Shown one piece after another: positions 48,697 through 61,600 of a DNA stretch of 64,000 nt. A model generated the notes under the pieces. It had not been told where the DNA came from and made no database searches. It worked only from the letters and a program-made list of their open reading frames with translations. A program made the position numbers and the translations under genes. Position 1 is the stretch's first letter; each line of letters opens with the position of its first letter. The DNA comes from Eledone cirrhosa (taxonomy: Eukaryota): NCBI GenBank assembly GCA_964016885.1, contig OZ024741.1, forward strand, positions 10,664,001 through 10,728,000, read 5' to 3'.

Positions 48697-49684
48697 ATTG
48701 TTATACTTGGGGAGGGTCATATTTGTGTAATATTGCCAGAATTAATAACAGAACATGTCTTTTATATCGGTAATCTAACTTACTCGGTCCTCAATGTTGC
48801 CATTGACTGACCGACGGTCAAAAATAATACAGATACAATATAGACACAAACACATATATATAGTTTACATAAATCTTTCGTTGCACATCTGCAACATCGT
48901 CAGTGGTATTATCGTTTCCCCCTGTTGTATTATATGCCTACGCCATTTTTATTCAGTCTGTCTATATATTTATTTATTTAATTGCTTGTTTGTTTATTTT
49001 ATTTTGACTTCTTTGCGCATGCGTCTGCGTGTGTGTATAGTGTTTTGTTTGCTGTGTGATGGGTGACTAGTGTGTGTTTATGTGCTTGTTGTTATTGTGT
49101 TTGTGTATTTATTTATTTATTTATTTATTTATTTTATTTTATTTACTTATTTATACTTCTCTTAGGTTAGTGTTGTTTGTTTGGGTGTTGTTGTTATTCC
49201 ATTCATTCTTTCTGTTTAGTCTTGGCCTTCTAATTTCTATTTCAATGGCCTCTCTGATTTGCCTATCTGCTGGGTCATTTCTATGTTTAGATATTATTCT
49301 AATTTCTATGTTTTCTATGTTACCGTCATGTTGTTGTCTAGCATGTTCGTATAGTACTGACACGTTTTTTCGTCCTTTTAGTTCCCCCCAGTTTTGGTCT
49401 ATCCTTTCACCTATGCTACGAGCTGTCTCACCTACGTATGTTGTTGTCATGTTTCTGCAAGTACCCTCTGTACATCTTATGCTATAGACTACTTTCTAGT
49501 TTTACAGTTTATCCGGGGGTTTACCTTACATATGATACACTTCCTATTGGTACAGTGGGTTTTCTTAAAAGGGTAGGTTTTGCTGATCAGGGATTTTATG
49601 GTGGTTCCTGGCTTTTCTACCACCTTAATTTTTAAGTGGGTCTTTCTCAGGGCCTTTCTACACTTGTTAGCTAATTTCCTTCTA
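48697..49684 (-). mobile_element. 5'-truncated Nematis-like PLE (family N2)
   Basis: KLANKCRKAL...KTYPF, YVGETARSIGER, RQIREAIEI; terminus TGACCCTCCCCAAGTATAACAAT shared with N1. Confidence 0.85.
48866..48908 (-). ncRNA. Hammerhead (N2)
   Basis: CTGACGA-t-GTTGCA/TGCAAC-GAAA-GATT-TA^; stem I weak. Confidence 0.6.
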
Positions 49685-52600
49685 GACTGGACATATATTA
49701 AGGTCAGTTCTCTAGACTGGACATCTAAGGTCAGGTTTCTAGACTAGAAATATATTAAGGTCAGCTCTCTAGACTGGACATATATTAAGGTCAGGTCTCT
49801 AGACTGGACAGCTAAGGTCAGCTCTCTAGACTGGACATATATTAAGGTCAGTTCTCTAGACTGGAAATCTAAGGTCAGGTCTCTAGACTGGAGATATATT
49901 AAGGTCAGTTCTCTAGACTGGACATCTAAGTTCAGGTCTCTAGACTGGACATATATTAAGGGCAGGTCTCTAGACTGGACATCTAAGGTCAGGTCTCTAG
50001 ACTCGACATCTAAGGTCAGGTCTCTAGACTGGACATCTAAGGTCAGGTCTCTAGACTGGTCATCTAAGTTCAGATCACTAGACTGGACATCAAAGTCACG
50101 TCTCTAGACTGGACATCTAAAGTCAGATCTCTAGACTGGACATCTAAGGTCAGGTCTCTAGACTGGACATCTAAGATCAGGTCTCTAGCGTGGACATCTA
50201 AGGTCAGGTCTTTAGACTGGACATCTAAGGTCAGGTCACTAGACTGGACATCTAAGTTCAGATCACTAGACTGGACATCAAAGTCACGTCTCTAGACTGG
50301 ACATCTAAAGTCAGATCTCTAGACTGGACATCTAAGGTCAGGTCTCTAGACTGGACATCTAACATCAGGTCTCTAGACTGGACATCTAAGGTCAGGTCTC
50401 TAGACTGGACATATATTAAGGTCAGTTCTCTAGACTGGACATCTAAGGTCAGATCTCTAGACTGGACATCTAAGGTCAGGTTCTAGACTGGATATCTAAG
50501 GTCAGGTCTCTAGACTGGACATATATTAAGGTCAGGTCTCTAGACTGGACATCTAAGGTCAGATCTCTAGACTGGACATCTAAGGTCAGTTCTCTAGACT
50601 GGACATCTAAGGTCAGATCTCTAGACTGGACATCTAAGGTCAGGTTCTAGACTGGATATCTAAGGTCAGGTCTCTAGAGTGCACATATATTAAGGTCAGG
50701 TCTCTAGACTGGACATCTAAGGTCAGATCCCTAGCCTGGACATCTAAGGTCCGGTCTCTAGATTGGACATCTAAGGTCAGATCTCTAGACTGGACATCTA
50801 AGGTTCGGTCTCTAGATTGGACATCTAAGGTCCGGTCTCTAGATTGGACATCTCAGGTCAGTTCTCTAGACGGGACATGTAAGGTCAGGTCTCTAGACTG
50901 GACATATATTAAGGTCAGGTCTCTAGACTGGACATGTATTAAGGTCAGTTCTCTAGACTGGACATATATTAAGGTCAGTTCTCTAGACTGGACATCTAAG
51001 GTCAGATTTCTAGACTGGACATCTAGGGTCAGTTCTCTAGACTGGACATCTAAGGTCAGATCTCTAGACTGGACATCTAAGGTCAGGTCTCTAGACTGGA
51101 CATCTAAGGTCAGGTCTCTAGACTGGACATATATTAAGGTCAGCTCTCTAGACTGGACATATATTAAGGTCAGGTCTCTAGACTGGACAGCTAAGGTCAG
51201 CTCTCTAGACTGGACATATATTAAGGTCAGTTCTCTAGACTGGAAATCTAAGGTCAGGTCTCTAGACTGGAGATATATTAAGGTCAGTTCTCTAGACTGG
51301 ACATCTAAGTTCAGGTCTCTAGACTGGACATATATTAAGGGCAGGTCTCTAGACTGGACATCTAAGGTCAGGTCTCTAGACTCGACATCTAAGGTCAGGT
51401 CTCTAGACTGGACATCTAAGGTCAGGTCTCTAGACTGGTCATCTAAGTTCAGATCACTAGACTGGACATCAAAGTCACGTCTCTAGACTGGACATCTAAA
51501 GTCAGATCTCTAGACTGGACATCTAAGGTCAGGTCTCTAGACTGGACATCTAAGATCAGGTCTCTAGCGTGGACATCTAAGGTCAGGTCTTTAGACTGGA
51601 CATCTAAGGTCAGGTCACTAGACTGGACATCTAAGTTCAGATCACTAGACTGGACATCAAAGTCACGTCTCTAGACTGGACATCTAAAGTCAGATCTCTA
51701 GACTGGACATCTAAGGTCAGGTCTCTAGACTGGACATCTAACATCAGGTCTCTAGACTGGACATCTAAGGTCAGGTCTCTAGACTGGACATATATTAAGG
51801 TCAGTTCTCTAGACTGGACATCTAAGGTCAGATCTCTAGACTGGACATCTACGGTCAGGTTCTAGACTGGATATCTAAGGTCAGGTCTCTAGACTGGACA
51901 TATATTAAGGTCAGGTCTCTAGACTGGACATCTAAGGTCAGATCTCTAGACTGGACATCTAAGGTCAGTTCTCTAGACTGGACATCTAAGGTCAGATCTC
52001 TAGACTGGACATCTAAGGTCAGGTTCTAGACTGGATATCTAAGGTCAGGTCTCTAGAGTGCACATATATTAAGGTCAGGTCTCTAGACTGGACATCTAAG
52101 GTCAGATCCCTAGCCTGGACATCTAAGGTCCGGTCTCTAGATTGGACATCTAAGGTCAGATCTCTAGACTGGACATCTAAGGTTCGGTCTCTAGATTGGA
52201 CATCTAAGGTCCGGTCTCTAGATTGGACATCTCAGGTCAGTTCTCTAGACGGGACATGTAAGGTCAGGTCTCTAGACTGGACATATATTAAGGTCAGGTC
52301 TCTAGACTGGACATGTATTAAGGTCAGTTCTCTAGACTGGACATATATTAAGGTCAGTTCTCTAGACTGGACATCTAAGGTCAGATTTCTAGACTGGACA
52401 TCTAGGGTCAGTTCTCTAGACTGGACATCTAAGGTCAGATCTCTAGACTGGACATCTAAGGTCAGGTCTCTAGACTGGACATCTAAGGTCAGGTCTCTAG
52501 ACTGGACATATATTAAGGTCAGCTCTCTAGACTGGACATATATTAAGGTCAGGTCTCTAGACTGGACAGCTAAGGTCAGCTCTCTAGACTGGACATATAT

Positions 52601-55600
52601 TAAGGTCAGTTCTCTAGACTGGAAATCTAAGGTCAGGTCTCTAGACTGGAGATATATTAAGGTCAGTTCTCTAGACTGGACATCTAAGTTCAGGTCTCTA
52701 GACTGGACATATATTAAGGGCAGGTCTCTAGACTGGACATCTAAGGTCAGGTCTCTAGACTCGACATCTAAGGTCAGGTCTCTAGACTGGACATCTAAGG
52801 TCAGGTCTCTAGACTGGTCATCTAAGTTCAGATCACTAGACTGGACATCAAAGTCACGTCTCTAGACTGGACATCTAAAGTCAGATCTCTAGACTGGACA
52901 TCTAAGGTCAGGTCTCTAGACTGGACATCTAAGATCAGGTCTCTAGCGTGGACATCTAAGGTCAGGTCTTTAGACTGGACATCTAAGGTCAGGTCACTAG
53001 ACTGGACATCTAAGTTCAGATCACTAGACTGGACATCAAAGTCACGTCTCTAGACTGGACATCTAAAGTCAGATCTCTAGACTGGACATCTAAGGTCAGG
53101 TCTCTAGACTGGACATCTAACATCAGGTCTCTAGACTGGACATCTAAGGTCAGGTCTCTAGACTGGACATATATTAAGGTCAGTTCTCTAGACTGGACAT
53201 CTAAGGTCAGATCTCTAGACTGGACATCTAAGGTCAGGTTCTAGACTGGATATCTAAGGTCAGGTCTCTAGACTGGACATATATTAAGGTCAGGTCTCTA
53301 GACTGGACATCTAAGGTCAGATCTCTAGACTGGACATCTAAGGTCAGTTCTCTAGACTGGACATCTAAGGTCAGATCTCTAGACTGGACATCTAAGGTCA
53401 GGTTCTAGACTGGATATCTAAGGTCAGGTCTCTAGAGTGCACATATATTAAGGTCAGGTCTCTAGACTGGACATCTAAGGTCAGATCCCTAGCCTGGACA
53501 TCTAAGGTTCGGTCTCTAGATTGGACATCTAAGGTCCGGTCTCTAGATTGGACATCTCAGGTCAGTTCTCTAGACGGGACATGTAAGGTCAGGTCTCTAG
53601 ACTGGACATATATTAAGGTCAGGTCTCTAGACTGGACATGTATTAAGGTCAGTTCTCTAGACTGGACATATATTAAGGTCAGTTCTCTAGACTGGACATC
53701 TAAGGTCAGATTTCTAGACTGGACATCTAGGGTCAGTTCTCTAGACTGGACATCTAAGGTCAGATCTCTAGACTGGACATCTAAGGTCAGGTCTCTAGAC
53801 TGGACATCTAAGGTCAGGTCTCTAGACTGGACATATATTAAGGTCAGCTCTCTAGACTGGACATATATTAAGGTCAGGTCTCTAGACTGGACAGCTAAGG
53901 TCAGCTCTCTAGACTGGACATATATTAAGGTCAGTTCTCTAGACTGGAAATCTAAGGTCAGGTCTCTAGACTGGAGATATATTAAGGTCAGTTCTCTAGA
54001 CTGGACATCTAAGTTCAGGTCTCTAGACTGGACATATATTAAGGGCAGGTCTCTAGACTGGACATCTAAGGTCAGGTCTCTAGACTCGACATCTAAGGTC
54101 AGGTCTCTAGACTGGACATCTAAGGTCAGGTCTCTAGACTGGTCATCTAAGTTCAGATCACTAGACTGGACATCAAAGTCACGTCTCTAGACTGGACATC
54201 TAAAGTCAGATCTCTAGACTGGACATATAAGGTCAGGTCTCTAGACTGGACATCTAAGATCAGGTCTCTAGCGTGGACATCTAAGGTCAGGTCTTTAGAC
54301 TGGACATCTAAGGTCAGGTCACTAGACTGGACATCTAAGTTCAGATCACTAGACTGGACATCAAAGTCACGTCTCTAGACTGGACATCTAAAGTCAGATC
54401 TCTAGACTGGACATCTAAGGTCAGGTCTCTAGACTGGACATCTAACATCAGGTCTCTAGACTGGACATCTAAGGTCAGGTCTCTAGACTGGACATATATT
54501 AAGGTCAGTTCTCTAGACTGGACATCTAAGGTCAGATCTCTAGACTGGACATCTAAGGTCAGGTTCTAGACTGGATATCTAAGGTCAGGTCTCTAGACTG
54601 GACATATATTAAGGTCAGGTCTCTAGACTGGACATCTAAGGTCAGATCTCTAGACTGGACATCTAAGGTCAGTTCTCTAGACTGGACATCTAAGGTCAGA
54701 TCTCTAGACTGGACATCTAAGGTCAGGTTCTAGACTGGATATCTAAGGTCAGGTCTCTAGAGTGCACATATATTAAGGTCAGGTCTCTAGACTGGACATC
54801 TAAGGTCAGATCCCTAGCCTGGACATCTAAGGTCCGGTCTCTAGATTGGACATCTAAGGTCAGATCTCTAGACTGGACATCTAAGGTTCGGTCTCTAGAT
54901 TGGACATCTAAGGTCCGGTCTCTAGATTGGACATCTCAGGTCAGTTCTCTAGACGGGACATGTAAGGTCAGGTCTCTAGACTGGACATATATTAAGGTCA
55001 GGTCTCTAGACTGGACATGTATTAAGGTCAGTTCTCTAGACTGGACATATATTAAGGTCAGTTCTCTAGACTGGACATCTAAGGTCAGATTTCTAGACTG
55101 GACATCTAGGGTCAGTTCTCTAGACTGGACATCTAAGGTCAGATCTCTAGACTGGACATCTAAGGTCAGGTCTCTAGACTGGACATCTAAGGTCAGGTCT
55201 CTAGACTGGACATATATTAAGTTCAGCTCTCTAGACTGGACATATATTAAGGTCAGTTCTCTAGACTGGACATCTAAGGTCAGGTCTCTAGACTGGACAT
55301 GTATTAAGGTCAGATCTCCAGACTGGACATCTAAGTTCAATTCTCTAGACTGGACATCTAAGGTCAGGTCCCTAGACTGGACATATATTAAGGTCAGGTC
55401 TCTAGACTGGACATATATTAAGGTCAGGTCTCTCGACTGGACATCTAAGATGGGTCTCTAGACTGGACAACTAAGGTCTGTTCTCTAGACTGGACATCTA
55501 AGGTCAGTTCTCTAGAGTGGACATCTAAGGTCAGGTCTCTAGACTGGACATCTAAGGTCAGTTCTCTAGAGTGGACATCTAAGGTCAGGTCTTTAGACTG

Positions 55601-58600
55601 GACATCTAAGGTCAGGTCTCTAGACTGGACATATATTAAGGTCAGTTCTCTAGACTGGACATCTAAGTTCAGGTCTCTAGACTGGACATATATTAAGGTC
55701 AGTTCTCTAGACTGAACATCTAAGGTCAGGTTTCTATACTAGGCATATATTAAGGTCAGCTCTCTAGACTGGACATATATTAAGGTCAGGTCTCTAGACT
55801 GGACAGCTAAGGTCAGATCACTAGACTGGACATCAAAGTCACGTCTCTAGACTGGACATCTAAAGTCAGATCTCTAGACTGGACATTTAAGGTCAGGTCT
55901 CTAGACTGGACATCTAACATCAGGTCTCTAGACTGGACATCTAAGGTCAGGTCTCTAGACTGGACATATATTAAGGTCAGTTCTCTAGACTGGACATCTA
56001 AGGTCAGATCTCTAGACTGGACATCTAAGGTCAGGTTCTAGACTGGATATCTAAGGTCAGGTCTCTAGACTGGACATATATTAAGGTCAGGTCTCTAGAC
56101 TGGACATCTAAGGTCAGATCTCTAGACTGGACATCTAATGTCAGGTCTCTAGACTGGACATCTAAGGTCAGATCTCTAGACTGGACATCTAAGGTCAGGT
56201 CCTAGACTGGATATCTAAGGTCAGGTCTCTAGACTTGACATCTAAGGTCAGGTCTCTAGACTGGACATATATTAACGTCAGGTCTCTAGACTGGACATCT
56301 AAGGTCAGATCTCTAGACTGGACATCTAAGGTCAGGTCCTAGACTGGACATCTAATGTCAGGTCTCTAGACTGGACATCTAAGGTCAGTTCTCTAGAGTG
56401 GACATCTAAGGTCAGGTTTTAGGACTGGACAGCTAAGGTCAGGTCTCTAGACTGGACAGCTAAGGTCAGATCTCTAGACTGGACATATATTAAGGTCAGG
56501 TCTCTAGACTGGACATCTAAGGTCAGGTCTCTAGACTGGACATATATTAAGGTCAGGTCTCTAGACTAGACATCAAAGGTCAGGTCTCTAGACTGGACAT
56601 CTGAGGTCAGGTCTCTAGAGTGGACATCTAAGGTCAGGTCTCTAGAGTGGACATCTAAGGTCAGGTTTTAGGACTTGACAGCTAAGGTCAGTTTTCTAGA
56701 CTGGACATCTAAGTTCAGGTCTCTAGACTGGACATCTAAGGCCAGGTCTCTAGTCTGGACATCTCAGGTCACTTCTCTAGACTGGACATATATTAAGGTC
56801 AGGTCTCTAGTGTGGACATATATTAAGGTGAGGTCTCTTGACTGGACATATATTAAGGTCAGGTCTCTAGAGTGCACATATATTAAGGTCAGGTCTCTAG
56901 ACTGGACATCTAAGGTCAGATCCCTAGCCTGGACATCTAAGGTCCGGTCTCTAGATTGGACATCTAAGGTCAGATCTCTAGACTGGACATCTAAGGTTCG
57001 GTCTCTAGATTGGACATCTAAGGTCCGGTCTCTAGATTGGACATCTCAGGTCAGTTCTCTAGACGGGACATGTAAGGTCAGGTCTCTAGACTGGACATAT
57101 ATTAAGGTCAGGTCTCTAGACTGGACATGTATTAAGGTCAGTTCTCTAGACTGGACATATATTAAGGTCAGTTCTCTAGACTGGACATCTAAGGTCAGAT
57201 TTCTAGACTGGACATCTAGGGTCAGTTCTCTAGACTGGACATCTAAGGTCAGTTCTCTAGACTGGACATCTAAGGTCAGGTCTCTAGACTGGACATGTAT
57301 TAAGGTCAGATCTCCAGACTGGACATCTAAGTTCAATTCTCTAGACTGGACATCTAAGGTCAGTTCTCTAGACTGGACATATATTAAGGTCAGATCTCTA
57401 GACTGGACATCTAAGATGGGTCTCTAGACTGGACAACTAAGGTCTGTTCTCTAGACTGGACATCTAAGGTCAGTTCTCTAGAGTGGACATCTAAGGTCAG
57501 GTCTCTAGACTGGACATCGAAGGTCAGTTCTCTAGAGTGGACATCTAAGGTCAGATCTTTAGACTGGACATCTAAGGTCAGGTCTCTAGACTGGACATAT
57601 ATTAAGGTCAGTTCTCTAGACTGGACATCTAAGTTCAGGTCTCTAGACTGGACATATATTAAGGTCAGGTCTCTAGACTGAACATCTAAGGTCAGGTTTC
57701 TATACTAGGCATATATTAAGGTCAGCTCTCTAGACTGGACATATATTAAGGTCAGGTCTCTAGACTGGACAGCTAAGGTCAGATCACTAGACTGGACATC
57801 AAAGTCACGTCTCTAGACTGGACATCTAAAGTCAGATCTGTAGACTGGACATCTAAGGTCAGGTCTCTAGACTGGACATCTAACATCAGGTCTCTAGACT
57901 GGACATCTAAGGTCAGGTCTCTAGACTGGACATATATTAAGGTCAGTTCTCTAGACTGGACATCTGAGGTCAGATCTCTAGACTGGACATCTAAGGTCAG
58001 GTTCTAGACTGGATATCTAAGGTCAGGTCTCTAGACTGGACATATATTAAGGTCAGGTCTCTAGACTGGACATCTAAGGTCAGATCTCTAGACTGGACAT
58101 CTATTGTCAGGTCTCTAGACTGGACATCTAAGGTCAGATCTCTAGACTGGACATCTAAGGTCAGGTCCTAGACTGGATATCTAAGGTCAGGTCTCTAGAC
58201 TTGACATCTAAGATCAGGTCTCTAGACTGGACATATATTAAGGTCAGGTCTCTAGACTGGACATCTAAGGTCAGATCTCTAGACTGGACATCTAATGTCA
58301 GGTCTCTAGACTGGACATCTAAGGTCAGATCTCTAGACTGGACATCTAAGGTCAGGTCCTAGACTGGATATCTAAGGTCAGGTCTCTAGACTTGACATCT
58401 AAGGTCAGGTCTCTAGACTGGACATATATTAACGTCAGGTCTCTAGACTGGACATCTAATGTCAGGTCTCTAGACTGGACATCTAAGGTCAGTTCTCTAG
58501 AGTGGACATCTAAGGTCAGGTTTTAGGACTGGACAGCTAAGGTCAGGTCTCTAGACTGGACAGCTAAGGTCAGATCTCTAGACTGGACATATATTAAGGT

Positions 58601-61600
58601 CAGGTCTCTAGACTGGACATCTAAGGTCAGGTCTCTAGACTGGACATATATTAAGGTCAGGTCTCTAGACTAGACATCAAAGGTCAGGTCTCTAGACTGG
58701 ACATCTGAGGTCAGGTCTCTAGAGTGGACATCTAAGGTCAGGTCTCTAGAGTGGACATCTAAGGTCAGGTTTTAGGACTGGACAGCTAAGGTCAGTTTTC
58801 TAGACTGGACATCTAAGTTCAGGTCTCTAGACTGGACATCTAAGGCCAGGTCTCTAGTCTGGACATCTCAGGTCACTTCTCTAGACTGGACATATATTAA
58901 GGTGAGGTCTCTTGACTGGACATATATTAAGGTCAGGTCTCTAGACTGGACATCTAAGGTCAGATCCCTAGCCTGGACATCTAAGGTCCGGTCTCTAGAT
59001 TGGACATCTAAGGTCAGATCTCTAGACTGGACATCTAAGGTTCGGTCTCTAGATTGGACATCTAAGGTCCGGTCTCTAGATTGGACATCTCAGGTCAGTT
59101 CTCTAGACGGGACATGTAAGGTCAGTTCTCTAGACTGGACATATATTAAGGTCAGGTCTCTAGACTGGACATGTATTAAGGTCAGTTCTCTAGACTGGAC
59201 ATATATTAAGGTCAGTTCTCTAGACTGGACATCTAAGGTCAGATTTCTAGACTGGACATCTAGGGTCAGTTCTCTAGACTGGACATCTAAGGTCAGATCT
59301 CTAGACTGGACATCTAAGGTCAGGTCTCTAGACTGGACATCTAAGGTCAGGTCTCTAGACTGGACATATATTAAGTTCAGCTCTCTAGACTGGACATATA
59401 TTAAGGTCAGTTCTCTAGACTGGACATCTAAGGTCAGGTCTCTAGACTGGACATGTATTAAGGTCAGATCTCCAGACTGGACATCTAAGTTCAATTCTCT
59501 AGACTGGACATCTAAGGTCAGGTCTCTAGACTGGACATATATTAAGGTCATGTCTCTAGACTGGACATCTAAGGTCAGTTCTCTAGAGTGGACATCTAAG
59601 GTCAGGTCTCTAGACTGTACGTCTAAGGTCAGTTATCTAGCGTGGACATCTAACGTCAGGTCTCTAGACTGGATATATATTAAGGTCAGTTCTCTAGACG
59701 GGACATGTAAGGTCAGGTCTCTAGACTGGACATATATTAAGGTCAGTTCTCTAGATTGGAAATCTAAGGTCAGGTCTCTAGACTGGACATATATTAAGGT
59801 CAGGTCTCTAGACTGGACAGCTAAGGTCAGGTCTCTAGACTGGACATATATTAAGGTCAGTTCTCTAGATTGGAAATCTAAGGTCAGGTCTCTAGACTGG
59901 ACATATATTAAGGGCAGGTCTCTAGACTGGACATCTAAGGTCAGGTCTCTAGACTCGACATCTAAGTTCAGATCACTAGACTGGACATCAAAGTCACGTC
60001 TCTAGACTGGACATCTAAAGTCAGATCTCTAGACTGGACATCTAAGGTCAGGTCTCTAGACTGGACATATATTAAGGTCAGTTCTCTAGACTGGACATCT
60101 AACGTCAGGTCTCTAGACTGGAAATATATTAAGCTCAGATCTCTACACTGGACATCTAAGGTCAGGTCTCTAGACTGGCATATATTAAGGTCAGGTCTCT
60201 AGACTGGACATGTATTAAGGTCAGTTCTCTAGACTGGACATATATTAAGGTCAGTTCTCTAGACTGTACATCTAAGGTCAGATTTCTAGACTGGACATCT
60301 AGGGTCAGTTCTCTAGACTGGACATCTAAGGTCAGATCTCTAGACTGGAATCTAAGGTCAGGTCTCTAGACTGGACATCTAAGGTCAGGTCTCTAGACTG
60401 GACATATATTAAGTTCAGGTCTCTAGACTGGACATATATTAATGTCAGTTCTCTAGACTGGACATCTAAGGTCAGGTCTCTAGACTGGACATGTATTAAG
60501 GTCAGATCTCCAGACTGGACATCTAAGTTCAATTCTCTAGACTGGACATCTAAGGTCAGGTCTCTAGACTGGACATATATTAAGGACAGGTCTCTCGACA
60601 TGACAACAAAGGTAAGGTCGCGAGACTGCACATATATTAAGGTCAGTTCTCTAGACTGGACATCTAAGGTCAGTTCTCTAGAGTGGACATCTAAGGTCAG
60701 TTCTCTAGAGTGGACATCTAAGGTCAGTTCTCTAGAGTGGACATCTAAGGTCAGGTCTCTAGACTGGACATATATTAAGGTCAGTTCTCTAGAATGAACA
60801 TCTAAGGTCAGTTCTCTAGACTGGACATCTAAGTTCAGGTCTCTAGACTGGACATATATTAAGGTCAGTTCTCTAGAATGAACATCTAAGGTCAGTTCTC
60901 TAGACTGGACATCTAAGTTCAGGTCTCCAGACTGGACATATATTAAGGGCAGGTCTCTAGACTGGACATCTAAGGTCAGATCTCTAGACTGGACATCTAA
61001 GTCACGTCTCTAGACTGGACATCTAAAGTCAGATTTCTAGACTGGACATCTAAGGTCAGGTCTCTAGACTGGACATCTAAGATCAGGTCTCTAGACTGGA
61101 CATCTAAGGTCAGTTCTCTAGAGTGGTCATCTAAGGTCAGGTCTCTAGACTGTACGTCTAAGGTCAGTTATCTAGCGTGGACATCTTTGGTCAGGTCTCT
61201 AGACTGGACATCTAACGTCAGGTCTCTAGACTGGACATATATTAAGCTCAGGTCTCTAGACCGGACATCTAAGGTCAGATCTCTAGACTGGACATCTAAG
61301 GTCAGATCTCGAGACTGGACATCTAAGGTCAGGTCTCTAGACAGGACATATATTAAGGTCAGTTCTCTAGACTGGACATCTTTGGTCAGGTCTCTAGACT
61401 GGACATCTAAGGTCAGATCTCTAGACTGGACATATATTAAGCTCAGGTCTCTAGACTGGACATCTAAGGTCAGATCTCTAGACTGGACATCTTTGGTCAG
61501 GTCTCTAGACTGGACATCTATGGTCAGGTCTCTAGACTGGACATCTAAGGTCAGATCTCTAGACTGGACATTTAAGGTCAGGTCTCTAGACTGGACATCT

